This document shows, in pieces, positions 19,095-28,090 of a DNA stretch of 64,000 bases. The translations under genes and the position numbers were made by a program. Numbering within the stretch: position 1 is the stretch's first letter; the number at the start of each line of letters is the position of its first letter. The stretch spans positions 13,291-77,290 of the forward strand of contig VBOG01000078.1 of the NCBI GenBank assembly GCA_005877815.1. Direction: 5' to 3'. Source of the stretch: Nitrospirota bacterium. GTDB lineage: Bacteria > Nitrospirota > Nitrospiria > Nitrospirales > NS-4. The notes below the pieces were generated by a model. That model saw only the letters and a list, made by a program, of their open reading frames with translations, was not told the origin of the DNA and searched no databases.

Positions 19095-19969
19095 AACTGT
19101 CCAACGAGATAGAGGTGACCGGTCGGCTGCGGCATGCCGCCTTGCGGCTCCATGCTGACCGCAAATTTCTTCACATCCCCAGGCACGCTGTCCACCAGCA
19201 TCCGGCCCTTCCGGCCAGCGTCGGTGTCGAAGGTGCCAGCGCTGACGGGTCTGTCCATGATCGCCCAGAGCTGATAGGTCTTCCCGGGTGGAAGGGAGGG
19301 CATGTTGAATGCATAGAAGAACGCTTTTCGGTTCTGTGGGTCGAACAAGAGAAATCCTCCGGCCGATTTGGCCTGCAGGCCGCTCAGCGCGACGACCTTC
19401 ATGTTCGGCGATCGCATAAACGTCATGATTTCCTCGCGCTGGGCCACCTCTTTCCGGAGGTCGGCCGTTTCCCGGTCGCGTTGCGCTATTTGGGCGCGCA
19501 AGTCGCTCAATTCGCCACGCAACGTCGTTTGCAACTGCTGGCGTTCCGCCAGGACCTTCTGCATGTCAGTCCGCAGGGACAGCACATAGACCGTCATGCC
19601 GATCAGAAGCACCACGCATGCAAGGCCAAGCGCGGGACGAGCGAAGAGGCCGAAGAATCCTCCGAAGGCCGGAGCGCGTGGAGTGTGCTCGATGGCAGCC
19701 GACATCTTCACCGCTTTTTCACGGTCGGACTCCGTGTCGGGAAAATCCCGGCGGAATGCCTGCATGAGATGGGACTTTACCTGGTGAGGCACCGGCTGTG
19801 ATCTCAAGCCATACGGCAGCAACGCCGCGACCTCTTGGTACTCCGCCAGCGCTGCGCGGCACTCCTGACAGCCGGATGCGACATGAGACTCCAAGGCGGC
19901 ACGTTCTTGGGGCTCCAAGGCTTCAATGGCATACAGCGCCACAGCCTCTTCAAATTGTTCATGTCCCAT
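19091..19969 (-). CDS. anti-sigma factor (zf-HC2 N-terminus, one TM helix, RskA-like C-terminal domain)
   Basis: [13 protein letters not shown] motif, TM helix [18 protein letters not shown]-terminal ...GKTYQLWAI...[10 protein letters not shown]. The stop overlaps the purL ATG (ATGA at 19091..19094). Confidence 0.7.
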   Translation of the reverse strand: MGHEQFEEAVALYAIEALEPQERAALESHVASGCQECRAALAEYQEVAALLPYGLRSQPVPHQVKSHLMQAFRRDFPDTESDREKAVKMSAAIEHTPRAPAFGGFFGLFARPALGLACVVLLIGMTVYVLSLRTDMQKVLAERQQLQTTLRGELSDLRAQIAQRDRETADLRKEVAQREEIMTFMRSPNMKVVALSGLQAKSAGGFLLFDPQNRKAFFYAFNMPSLPPGKTYQLWAIMDRPVSAGTFDTDAGRKGRMLVDSVPGDVKKFAVSMEPQGGMPQPTGHLYLVGQL

Positions 19970-19976
19970 GGTCGAG

Positions 19977-20561
19977 TCAGCTCCTCACAGGACGGAGGGC
20001 GGTTCTGAGCTTGTTCATGCCAAGCTTGATCCGCGTCTTGATCGTGCCGATAGGTTCCTTCAGTCGCGCCGCGATTTCGGTATGTGTCAATCCTTCGTAA
20101 AACGCCAGTTCGACCGCCTGTTGTTGGGCAGCCGGCAACTCGGACAATGCACTTTCCACGAGCACTCGTAATTCCCGATCGGCGTAATCGTCGAACGGAT
20201 CGGGAGCGCCGCTTCTCACCCGTTGAACGGTCTGCTCATCGGTTCCACGGCTGACATCCCGCGCGCGAGACGCGCCTGCGCGCAGGCGATCGATTGCACG
20301 GCTACGGGTCAACGTCACGAGCCAGGCCATCGGAGATCCACGTTGCCCCTCGTAGCGGTCCACCTTCCGCCAGGCCTCGACATACACCTCTTGCAATAGC
20401 TCAGCCGCGTCGTCCCGATTGTTCAATACTCGTACCGCCAGCGCATAGAGAATTGGGCTCGTCTGCTCGTAGAGCTGATCGAACGCCCGAATGTCGCCCT
20501 TGGCCACCCTGGCTAAGAGCGCAGCATCAACGCAGGAAGCCTGATTACGCGAAACTTCCAT
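19977..20561 (-). CDS. ECF-type RNA polymerase sigma factor
   Basis: 194 aa. Region 2 (...LLQEVYVEAWRK...) and region 4 (...YEGLTHTEIAARLKEPIGTIKTRI...). Confidence 0.85.
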   Translation of the reverse strand: MEVSRNQASCVDAALLARVAKGDIRAFDQLYEQTSPILYALAVRVLNNRDDAAELLQEVYVEAWRKVDRYEGQRGSPMAWLVTLTRSRAIDRLRAGASRARDVSRGTDEQTVQRVRSGAPDPFDDYADRELRVLVESALSELPAAQQQAVELAFYEGLTHTEIAARLKEPIGTIKTRIKLGMNKLRTALRPVRS

Positions 20562-20606
20562 GTCCAGTCTGAATAGACCGCCCAGCCAATGTAAATGGAG
20601 ACCTTC

Positions 20607-20615
20607 ATTATACCA
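20607..20615 (-). promoter_or_regulatory. candidate extended -10 promoter element for the ECF sigma operon
   Basis: Minus strand reads TGGTATAAT (TGn + TATAAT), about 45 nt upstream of the sigma-factor ATG. No good -35 element. Confidence 0.3.
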
Positions 20616-20694
20616 ACACTACGATTCCACTAGCCAGCGAGATGTCTGACGCGGCGAACGGATTGTCCGGGAGGACGCAAAGGCTTATGCTTTC

Positions 20695-20722
20695 TTGACT
20701 ATTAGTACTCCAAATATATAAC
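20695..20722 (+). promoter_or_regulatory. candidate sigma70-type promoter for the haemoglobin gene
   Basis: TTGACT (20695..20700), 16-nt spacer, TATAAC (20717..20722), in an AT-rich island. Confidence 0.4.
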
Positions 20723-20800
20723 ATGAGATCGTCACGGCCATCCCATCATGGCCGAAGCCATAACCGGACGTCACGTCGTCCAATTTCCCGGGAGGCATGT

Positions 20801-21286
20801 ATGAAAACAACCCTCATTGCTTCATCCGTGGTCTTCAGCTGCGCCGTCGTATCGATGGGGTGTGCAAGCGATATGAAATCATCAACGTCTGGTTACGATG
20901 AGGGCAGGACAAGCAATCGGATTGCGCCGGCCTCGTTGTACGACAGACTGGGAGGAAAGCCCGCCATTACCGCCGTCATTGACGACTTTGTCGGCCGCGT
21001 CGCTGCAGACAACCGCATCAACGGGAAGTTCGTGAACGCGAACATTCCTCATCTCAAAATGATGCTCGTGGAACAGGTCTGCCAAGCCTCTGGCGGACCC
21101 TGCACCTACACGGGTCCCGACATGAAAACCATCCACGCCGGCATGCAGATTACCAATGAGCAGTTCGACGCCCTCGTGGGGGATCTCGTCGAAAGCCTGA
21201 ATAACTTTCACGTCGGCGAACGGGAGAAAGAGGAGATCTTGAGCGTGCTAGGCCCCATGCGAAAGGACATCGTGACCGCCATGTAA
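20801..21286 (+). CDS. group-1 truncated haemoglobin (trHbN-like) with lipoprotein signal peptide
   Basis: ...LYDRLGGKPAITAVIDDFVGRV...INGKF...HLKMMLVEQVCQASGGPCTYTGPDMKTIHAGMQITNEQFDALV... ATG 20801 follows GGAGG. N-terminus MKTTLIASSVVFSCAVVSMGCAS contains a lipobox. The track start at 20723 is rejected. Confidence 0.8.
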   Translation: MKTTLIASSVVFSCAVVSMGCASDMKSSTSGYDEGRTSNRIAPASLYDRLGGKPAITAVIDDFVGRVAADNRINGKFVNANIPHLKMMLVEQVCQASGGPCTYTGPDMKTIHAGMQITNEQFDALVGDLVESLNNFHVGEREKEEILSVLGPMRKDIVTAM

Positions 21287-21382
21287 CGACTGCACCTGCC
21301 CCGGATGCCGACAGCCATAGAAAGTTGCTATGATGCATCTGTCAGGACATCCGGACATCCGCATTCAACGAAGGGAGTTACG

Positions 21383-21757
21383 ATGAAGGCACTATTGACC
21401 GCAGCATTGCTCGTCGGTGTAATCATCGCCTTGGGACCGGCGAATGCATCGGTAGACATGGGGAAAGGCGCACCAGTCTTGAAGGCGGCCGCAGGGTCCA
21501 AAGCGGACGCGCACATCGCCGAAGGCATTGACCACTACAATCAAGGCCATTGGGATGTGGCACAAAAGCATTTTTCCGAAGCCGCGAAAGCCGACCCACA
21601 GTCGGCCGAAGCGCACTATGATTTGGCGTTAGCGCTGGATAAAGCCGGCGATCACAAGGCTGCCACTGAACATTTCAAGACGGCCTACGATCTCGGAAAG
21701 AATAACCCTGAGATTCAGAACTCGGGGATTCTGAAGGCCCACCTCAAAATGAAGTAA
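21383..21757 (+). CDS. secreted TPR-repeat protein
   Basis: Signal peptide MKALLTAALLVGVIIALGPANA. TPR-like repeats (...QGHWDVAQKHFSEAAKADPQSAEAHYDLALALDKAGDHKAA...). ATG 21383 follows AAGGGAG. Confidence 0.6.
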   Translation: MKALLTAALLVGVIIALGPANASVDMGKGAPVLKAAAGSKADAHIAEGIDHYNQGHWDVAQKHFSEAAKADPQSAEAHYDLALALDKAGDHKAATEHFKTAYDLGKNNPEIQNSGILKAHLKMK

Positions 21758-21781
21758 TTCTCGTGTCATCCTGGAGATCGC

Positions 21782-21806
21782 GGGAGCCGGCAACAGACCG
21801 GCTCCC
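21782..21806. terminator. GC-rich hairpin between convergent genes (possible bidirectional terminator)
   Basis: GGGAGCCGG-caacaga-CCGGCTCCC, a 9-bp perfect stem. No clear U-tract on either side. Confidence 0.45.
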
Positions 21807-21824
21807 CATCCCTAGCTCGTGAAG

Positions 21825-22145
21825 CTAGAAGTTGTCTTTCGGGGATTGGCCGACGCGGAGCTGCTCGAAGACCGTAATCACGGGAGACGAGACGAGCAGA
21901 TCGGCAGCTTGTTTCAGCAGATTTTGAAGACGAGGCGTGGCGAAGTGCTGATCGAGCACTTCTTTTGAGGCCCAGCGCTCAATTGTTATGAAGAGCGATG
22001 GATCCTCAAGCGAGCGATGGAGACTGTAGTGGAGACAGCCTTCTTCCAGGTGCGTCGCACGGACGTTTGTCCGCAGCTCCCGCTCGAGCGCCGCCTCGCA
22101 TCCAGGCTTGGCTTTTCCCTTGCCGATCACGGTCAGTTCAGCCAC
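21825..22145 (-). CDS. ABM-domain (YgiN-like) putative monooxygenase
   Basis: 106 aa. ...CLHYSLHRSLEDPSLFITIERWASKEVLDQHF... is the typical antibiotic-biosynthesis-monooxygenase fold pattern. Confidence 0.7.
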   Translation of the reverse strand: MAELTVIGKGKAKPGCEAALERELRTNVRATHLEEGCLHYSLHRSLEDPSLFITIERWASKEVLDQHFATPRLQNLLKQAADLLVSSPVITVFEQLRVGQSPKDNF

Positions 22146-22159
22146 TGATAATCTCCTTC

Positions 22160-22888
22160 TCAGCCGGCCGTCACGTTCGGCCTGCTCTTCAGCGCGTCCA
22201 GCAACGACAGGAGGATGAGCTTGCCGTCCTCGTTGCCAAGGATCGCTTCGGCGCAGCGCTCGGGATGAGGCATCATGCCCAGGACGTTTCCCGCCGCATT
22301 CGTAATGCCTGCAATATTATCGATAGATCCGTTCGGACACGCGTCCTGCATGACGTCACCGTCCGGCGTGCAGTAGCGAAACACGATGCGTTTGGTGGAG
22401 ATCAGTGTGGCGAGCGTATTGGGATCGGTGTAGTAGTTGCCTTCCGCATGGGCGACCGGGAGCTTCAGGACTTGACCTGGGGCACAACGAGCGGTGAACG
22501 GCGTGGCGTTGCTTTCGACGCGTACATGAACATCCCGGCACACGAACGACAGTGAGGTATTCCTCAGCATCGCGCCAGGCAGGAGACCAGCCTCCAATAA
22601 GATTTGGAAACCGTTGCAAATGCCCAGGACAAAGCCTCCCTCCGCAGCAAAGCTCGTGACCGCTTCCATGACCGGTGAAAACCGTGCGATGGCGCCAGTC
22701 CGAAGATAGTCGCCATAGGAAAAACCGCCGGGAATGAGGACGGCATCGAGCGGTGGCAGTACCGAAGTCTTGTGCCAGATGAACTCCGCAGAGGCCTCAA
22801 GGACTGTGCTGACGGCATGGTAGCAGTCCTGATCGCAATTCGATCCCGGGAAGACAATGATGCCGATGCGAGGGCCAGAATCAGTCAT
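22160..22888 (-). CDS. purQ: phosphoribosylformylglycinamidine synthase, glutaminase subunit PurQ
   Basis: 242 aa. ...GICNGFQIL (nucleophile Cys) ...MMPHPER. Confidence 0.9.
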   Translation of the reverse strand: MTDSGPRIGIIVFPGSNCDQDCYHAVSTVLEASAEFIWHKTSVLPPLDAVLIPGGFSYGDYLRTGAIARFSPVMEAVTSFAAEGGFVLGICNGFQILLEAGLLPGAMLRNTSLSFVCRDVHVRVESNATPFTARCAPGQVLKLPVAHAEGNYYTDPNTLATLISTKRIVFRYCTPDGDVMQDACPNGSIDNIAGITNAAGNVLGMMPHPERCAEAILGNEDGKLILLSLLDALKSRPNVTAG

Positions 22889-22912
22889 ACCGTGTACGAT
22901 TGCCGGATCGTG

Positions 22913-23155
22913 TCAATCCTGCAGTTCAAACCGATACTCTTCGATGACGGTATTCGCGAGCAACGTTTCACAGAGCATCTTCAGTTGTGTCTCGGCGGCA
23001 GGTCGGTCGGTCGTCGTCAACTCGAGCTCGATGAACTTGCCGATTCGGGCCTCCTTCACGCCTGTCTGTCCCAAGGCTTCAATCGCATGCAGCACCGCCT
23101 GTCCTTGGGGGTCCAGGATTCCGCGCTTCAAGGTGATGAACACTCTCGCTTTCAT
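22913..23155 (-). CDS. purS: phosphoribosylformylglycinamidine synthase subunit PurS
   Basis: 80 aa starting at the internal ATG: MKARVFITLKRGILDPQGQAVLHAIEALG... The ATG overlaps the purB stop (ATGA). The longer track ORF (to 23254) is rejected. Confidence 0.85.
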   Translation of the reverse strand: MKARVFITLKRGILDPQGQAVLHAIEALGQTGVKEARIGKFIELELTTTDRPAAETQLKMLCETLLANTVIEEYRFELQD

Positions 23156-24483
23156 CGCCGGGAGCGATGCCTCCCTGTGCGGGCTCCATCCGCTCCGAAG
23201 ACGCGCTTGAAGATGGTGCCAATCTCCCGTGTATACGCCTTCGGGTCGAGACACACATCAATGGCAGAGGGCGAAAGATGGCGCGTGATAAACGCGTCCT
23301 TCTCGACGATATCCCGAAACGAGGCCGTCCCCTTCCAGGCCTCCATGGCAAGGCGCTGAACGGCTTCATAGGCCATGACTCGCGGGGCCCCACGGCGGAC
23401 GAGCTCCAACATAATACGTTGTGAATAAATGACCCCTCCGGTGAGATCCAGGTTCCGGCGCATCCGTTCCGGATACACAACCAACTGCGAGATCAAGTCC
23501 GTGAACCGCGCGAGCATGTAATCCACCAAGATCGTACTGTCTGGGATGATGACACGTTCCACTGACGAATGGCTGATGTCGCGTTCGTGCCAGAGCGCGA
23601 TGTTTTCCATCGCCGCGAGGCTGTTCGAACGCACGATCCTGGCCAAGCCGCACAGATTTTCCGAGATGATGGGATTGCGCTTATGCGGCATCGCCGATGA
23701 ACCTTTTTGTCCCGGGGTGAACGGCTCCTCCGCCTCCAACACTTCGGTTCGCTGCAGATGCCGAATTTCGGTGGCGAACTTCTCGATGCTCCCGGCGAGG
23801 AGCGCGAGCACGGTGAGATAGGCCGCATGTCGGTCGCGCTGGATGATCTGGCTCGAGGCCGGGGCAGGCTTGAGACCGAGGTTTTTGCAGACATAGGCCT
23901 CCACTTCAGGGGACAGGTGGGCGAAGCTTCCCATCGCGCCTGACAACTTGCCGTACGCAATGCCTTCCCGCGCCTCCCGAAACCGCTGCCGGTGCCGTTT
24001 GATCTCGTCATACCAGATCGCCAGCTTGAGGCCGAACGTGATCGGCTCGCCGTGAATGCCATGAGATCGGCCGATCATCAGCGTGTCGCGGTGCTCGATG
24101 GCGCGAGTCCGAACGACCGCCAGCAGGCTGTTGATGCCCAGGAGGATCGCATCGGCCGCTTCCACCATGAGCACCGCGAGCGAGGTGTCCACAATGTCCG
24201 AAGACGTCAGGCCCATATGCAGATACCGTGCGGCGGGCCCGGCCTGCTCCGAAATGGATTCGATGAAGGCGATGACGTCGTGTTTGACGACGCGCTCCAA
24301 GGCTTCGATACGCGCGGGATTCACGCGTGCCTTGGCACGGATGCGCCGAAGCGCGGACGCCGGAATCACTTTCTTTTTGACCAGCGCCTCACAGGCCAGA
24401 AGCTCCACGCGGAGCCATGTCTCATATTTCTTCTGAGGTTCCCAGAGGGCCTTCAGCGCGGGACGGCTGTAGCGATCAATCAT
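23152..24483 (-). CDS. purB: adenylosuccinate lyase
   Basis: 443 aa. ...GLTSSDIVDT..., ...GSSAMPHKRNP... fumarate-lyase signature. Confidence 0.9.
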   Translation of the reverse strand: MIDRYSRPALKALWEPQKKYETWLRVELLACEALVKKKVIPASALRRIRAKARVNPARIEALERVVKHDVIAFIESISEQAGPAARYLHMGLTSSDIVDTSLAVLMVEAADAILLGINSLLAVVRTRAIEHRDTLMIGRSHGIHGEPITFGLKLAIWYDEIKRHRQRFREAREGIAYGKLSGAMGSFAHLSPEVEAYVCKNLGLKPAPASSQIIQRDRHAAYLTVLALLAGSIEKFATEIRHLQRTEVLEAEEPFTPGQKGSSAMPHKRNPIISENLCGLARIVRSNSLAAMENIALWHERDISHSSVERVIIPDSTILVDYMLARFTDLISQLVVYPERMRRNLDLTGGVIYSQRIMLELVRRGAPRVMAYEAVQRLAMEAWKGTASFRDIVEKDAFITRHLSPSAIDVCLDPKAYTREIGTIFKRVFGADGARTGRHRSRR

Positions 24484-24925
24484 GGGCGACCGGCGGCGAC
24501 GTCTCCTGCGCTTTCACGCGCAGACGAGGGTCGTCACGAAGAATACGATCGAGAATGCCGTTCACGAATGATCCTGACTGATCGTCGCCGAACGATTTGA
24601 CGATCTCAATGGCTTCGTTCAGAGTGACTCGCGCCGGCACATCCGGCATATGCAAGAATTCGTAGACCGCCATGCGGAGGACAGCGCGGTCAATGAACGC
24701 CATGCGGGAGACCGTCCAGTTCTCGGCGTACCGACCGATGAGCGCGTCCAGTTCCCGTGCCTCGGCCATCACCCCCTTCACCAACTCCTCGGCAAATCTC
24801 CGCGCCTCGGCATGCACCGACATGCCGGCCCAAAAATCATCCAGCCACGCGGACGTTTCATGATGGATGTCCCACTGAAAGAGGATCTGCAACGCAAGTT
24901 CTCGTCCTTTGCGTCGAGGGCTCAT
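24476..24925 (-). CDS. nusB: transcription antitermination factor NusB
   Basis: 149 aa. ...RKGRELALQILFQWD... ...AVLRMAVYEFLH... ...VNGILD. Confidence 0.85.
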   Translation of the reverse strand: MSPRRKGRELALQILFQWDIHHETSAWLDDFWAGMSVHAEARRFAEELVKGVMAEARELDALIGRYAENWTVSRMAFIDRAVLRMAVYEFLHMPDVPARVTLNEAIEIVKSFGDDQSGSFVNGILDRILRDDPRLRVKAQETSPPVAHD

Positions 24926-25476
24926 CGGCTCTTCTTCCGCATCGATGCCTTGCCCATGCGTTTTCCCGGCAACCGCCTCATGAGATTCGCCATTTCCAAC
25001 GCCGCCTGTCCGGCCTCATATCCCCTGTTACACTCCATCACACCAACAGCCCTTGAGCCGGCATCACGCACCAGACCCCGGCCACCGCCGGACCGTGCCT
25101 CGGCCTGCTCAACGGTATCCGTGGTCAACACCCCGAAAATGATCGGGACGTCGTGCTCGTACGCTGCGCGCGCGATGCCCTGGCTCACCACTGAACTGAT
25201 ATACTCAAAATGCGGGGTCTCGCCCTTGATCACCGCCCCTACGCAGATGATGGCTCCATACCGCCTTGAACGTGCCAGCCGGGACGCGACAGGAGGGATT
25301 TCGAACGCGCCGGGGACGAAGACGACGTCGATGGCCTCTTCCTGTACTCCACCCGCTCGAAGCGCCCGCAGCGCCCCTTCGAGGAGCCTCTTCGTGATGT
25401 CTTCATTGAACCGGCTCCGGATGACCGCGAACCGCAGACCGGCGGCAGAGCCGGTTCCCTCAAGAGTCCTAGGCAT
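24922..25476 (-). CDS. ribH: 6,7-dimethyl-8-ribityllumazine synthase
   Basis: 184 aa from ATG 25476: ...RFAVIRSRFNEDITKRLLEGA...VFVPGAFEIP...GAVIKGETPHFEYI... The upstream extension of the track ORF (to 25764) overlaps ribBA and is rejected. Confidence 0.85.
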   Translation of the reverse strand: MPRTLEGTGSAAGLRFAVIRSRFNEDITKRLLEGALRALRAGGVQEEAIDVVFVPGAFEIPPVASRLARSRRYGAIICVGAVIKGETPHFEYISSVVSQGIARAAYEHDVPIIFGVLTTDTVEQAEARSGGGRGLVRDAGSRAVGVMECNRGYEAGQAALEMANLMRRLPGKRMGKASMRKKSR

Positions 25477-25495
25477 GTATCTCTTTCCGAATGCG

Positions 25496-26764
25496 TCAGA
25501 CCTTGTCGAGGAGGTGACCAAGTTTGGCCTTCTTTGTCTGGAGGTATCGGACATTACTGGCTTGGGGAGAGATTTCGATCGGCACCCGCTCCACCACCCG
25601 CAGGCCATACCCTTCCACGCCCACAATCTTGCGGGGATTATTCGTGATGAGCCGAATTTTGTGCAACCCCAATCCGACAAGGATCTGGGCCCCGATCCCG
25701 TAATCTCGAAGATCCGCCTTGAAACCCAAGGCGAGGTTGGCTTCGACCGTATCCTTGCCTTCATCCTGCAGCTTGTACGCGCGGAACTTGTTCACCAGCC
25801 CGATCCCACGTCCTTCCTGGTTCAGATACAGCAATACACCTTTGCCAGCCTTCTCGATGATCTGCATGGCCTTGTGCAGTTGCTCCCGGCAATCGCATCG
25901 GAGTGAGCCCAGCACATCCGCCGTCAAACAGCCGGAATGGACACGCACCAGCACCTCGTCGGTCGGCTTGATCTCGCCCTTCACCAAGGCGACATGAGCC
26001 CCGTGATCCAACTCATTCTCAAACACGTGCGCGGTGAACTCGCCGAAGATCGTCGGCAGCTTGGCCTGGGTGACTTCATGAACGAATGTCTCACGTTGCA
26101 TGCGGTATTCAATCAGGTCCTTGATGGTCACGAGCTTGAGGTGATGGCGTTTCGCAATCTCCTGAAGCTGAGGTAGCCGCGCCATCGTCCCGTCCTCGTT
26201 CATGATCTCGCAGATCACGCCGGCTGGCGTGAGCTCTGCAAGCCGTGCAAGATCCACGGAGCCTTCAGTCTGCCCCGCGCGCTTCAGCACACCGCCCTTA
26301 TCGGCACGGAGCGGAAAGACATGGCCGGGCCTGGCCAGATCCACCGGCTTTGTCTTGGGGTCGACCGCAGTGAGAATGGTCGTCGCCCGATCTTTCGCCG
26401 AAATGCCAGTCGTAATGCCGCGCCGGGCATCGATCGATACGGTGAAGGCTGTCCCAAATGCGGCGGTGTTCTCCGTGACCATCAGCGGAAGCTGAAGCTT
26501 GTCCACATGTTCCGGCGGCAGCGCGAGGCAGATCAGCCCGCGAGCATGGGTTGCCATGAAGTTGATCGCCTCCGGCGTCACCTTCTCGGCTGCCATGACG
26601 AGATCGCCTTCATTCTCACGATCTTCATCGTCGACAAGAATGACCATATGGCCCTTCTTGATTGCGGCGATGGCGTCCTGAATGGCGTCCACTTTCACCC
26701 CAGCTCTCCTTGCACAAGACCACGAAAATCTTCGCTCTGTTACCGAGACGTCAGTGTACTCCAT
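25496..26764 (-). CDS. ribBA: bifunctional 3,4-dihydroxy-2-butanone-4-phosphate synthase / GTP cyclohydrolase II
   Basis: ...[21 protein letters not shown]... (RibB) and ...[20 protein letters not shown]...[11 protein letters not shown]... (RibA). The start is ATG 26764 or GTG 26698. The track start at 26863 would overlap narK. Confidence 0.85.
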   Translation of the reverse strand: MEYTDVSVTERRFSWSCARRAGVKVDAIQDAIAAIKKGHMVILVDDEDRENEGDLVMAAEKVTPEAINFMATHARGLICLALPPEHVDKLQLPLMVTENTAAFGTAFTVSIDARRGITTGISAKDRATTILTAVDPKTKPVDLARPGHVFPLRADKGGVLKRAGQTEGSVDLARLAELTPAGVICEIMNEDGTMARLPQLQEIAKRHHLKLVTIKDLIEYRMQRETFVHEVTQAKLPTIFGEFTAHVFENELDHGAHVALVKGEIKPTDEVLVRVHSGCLTADVLGSLRCDCREQLHKAMQIIEKAGKGVLLYLNQEGRGIGLVNKFRAYKLQDEGKDTVEANLALGFKADLRDYGIGAQILVGLGLHKIRLITNNPRKIVGVEGYGLRVVERVPIEISPQASNVRYLQTKKAKLGHLLDKV

Positions 26765-26777
26765 TTTGCCTTGGAAA

Positions 26778-27965
26778 TTAAAGGGAGTGACGGCTGTGCA
26801 CTGGCCGCCAGAAGAGCGCCATGACGGGGACGATGAGGATGCAGGCCACCGCAAACATTGCAAAGCCAGTGGCGTACGTTCCCGTGAGGTCTCGGAAGAC
26901 GCCCAATGCCGAGGGCACCAGGAATCCGCCGATCCCCCCCGCCGCGCCGACCAACCCCGAGATGGCGCCGATCTCCCGTCTGAACCGCTGCGGCACGACT
27001 TGAAAGATCACCCCGTTTCCCATTCCCAAACACATCATCGCGAGAAAGACCGTGGAGAGCGCGAACGATAGTGGCAGCAGCATGGCAGTGATGCCGATCA
27101 GCACGGCAATAACAGGATAGAGCACGGCGAGCACACGAAGACCGCCAAGGCGGTCGGCGATGAAGCCTCCGACGGGGCGAAACAAACTCCCCGCCAGCGC
27201 ACAGGCCGCCGCTGTCCATCCCGCCTCGATATGCGTGAGCCCGTACTGGTCGAAGAAGAAAATGCTGAGGTAGCTGCTGAGACCCACAAATCCACCGAAT
27301 GTGATGGCGTAGAGTAGGCAAAACCAATAGGTGTCGGGTTCATGGAGCATCCGGCTAAAATCCATGCGGTGATCGCTTCCCCCCTCCTCCGCGATACGGT
27401 CTGAGGCCAACATCCGGTACAGGCATGCGATCAGGAAGACAAGTGGGATCATCATCCCGAAGACTGCGTGCCAGCCAAACCTCACGGCAAGAAGCGGAGC
27501 CAAGGCAATGCTCACGATAGCGCCACTGTTCCCCGACCCCGCCACACCCATCGCCAGCCCCTGATGCTGAAGTGGATAGGCGCGGCTGGCTAATGGCAAT
27601 GAGACGGCAAAGCTCGCCCCTGCGATGCCAAGCAGCAGCCCCACTCCGAGGATCTGCGGGAATGTGGTCGCGACCAGCCACGCCCACATCAACGGGATGG
27701 ACATGGCAAGCATGGTCACAAAGCCGGTACGGCGAGGGCCGAACCGGTCCGAGAGGATGCCAACGACCACACGAAAAAGCGATCCGCCAAGCAGCGGCAC
27801 CGCAACCATCAAACCTTTTTCCGTCGCCGTGAGTGAAAAGTCTTCTGCGATAAAGATTCCCAGCGCGCCGATGAGCATCCAGGTCATGAAGCTGACCTCG
27901 AAGTGCAGCCACGCGGCCAACAGCGAAGGCCAATGGCCGCTGCGAAGAGCCGCTTGAAGGGACAC
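26778..27965 (-). CDS. narK: MFS nitrate/nitrite transporter (NarK/NNP family)
   Basis: 395 aa, 12 TM. ...[23 protein letters not shown]... and ...[14 protein letters not shown]... NNP-type signatures. GTG start. Substrate specificity is not resolvable from sequence. Confidence 0.7.
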   Translation of the reverse strand: MSLQAALRSGHWPSLLAAWLHFEVSFMTWMLIGALGIFIAEDFSLTATEKGLMVAVPLLGGSLFRVVVGILSDRFGPRRTGFVTMLAMSIPLMWAWLVATTFPQILGVGLLLGIAGASFAVSLPLASRAYPLQHQGLAMGVAGSGNSGAIVSIALAPLLAVRFGWHAVFGMMIPLVFLIACLYRMLASDRIAEEGGSDHRMDFSRMLHEPDTYWFCLLYAITFGGFVGLSSYLSIFFFDQYGLTHIEAGWTAAACALAGSLFRPVGGFIADRLGGLRVLAVLYPVIAVLIGITAMLLPLSFALSTVFLAMMCLGMGNGVIFQVVPQRFRREIGAISGLVGAAGGIGGFLVPSALGVFRDLTGTYATGFAMFAVACILIVPVMALFWRPVHSRHSL

Positions 27966-28090
27966 AGGGAGTTCTCCGTGAGGAAATGTCTTATAGCCTA
28001 CCGGAAAACCGATCGCAACCTGAGGCCAAACGGTGTGGTTTCAGTACCATGAGTCCTTTATAATAGAAGTTTGACCTTGAGTCCTCAGGC

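Noticed and set aside
20657-20679. GAAC-N16-CGCA on the plus strand, as an ECF-type promoter for the haemoglobin gene
   Set aside because: It is only a loose match to generic ECF -35/-10 patterns. A better sigma70-type TTGACT-16-TATAAC lies just downstream. It cannot be supported without knowing this sigma factor's motif.
25477-25764. 5' extensions of track ORFs. Examples: ribH to 25764, ribBA to 26863, ABC ATPase to 36675, binding protein to 38722, amt to 45122, OMP to 45993, ANTAR to 49474, purS to 23254, lptC to 60730, rplQ to 61124, rpsD to 62805, trHb from 20723, TPR from 21305
   Set aside because: The extensions overlap the upstream gene or encode Arg/Pro-rich non-homologous sequence. 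Internal starts restore canonical N-termini and have GGAG-type SD motifs or ATGA/GTGA coupling.
24650-25906. 418-aa plus-strand ORF antisense to nusB, ribH and ribBA
   Set aside because: The opposite strand encodes three unmistakable conserved proteins. The antisense translation is Pro/Arg/Ser-rich with no motifs.
26698-26777. FMN riboswitch upstream of ribBA
   Set aside because: At most 13 nt (ATG 26764) to 79 nt (GTG 26698) separate the narK stop from the ribBA start. That is too short for an FMN aptamer, and no conserved FMN-element sequence is seen.
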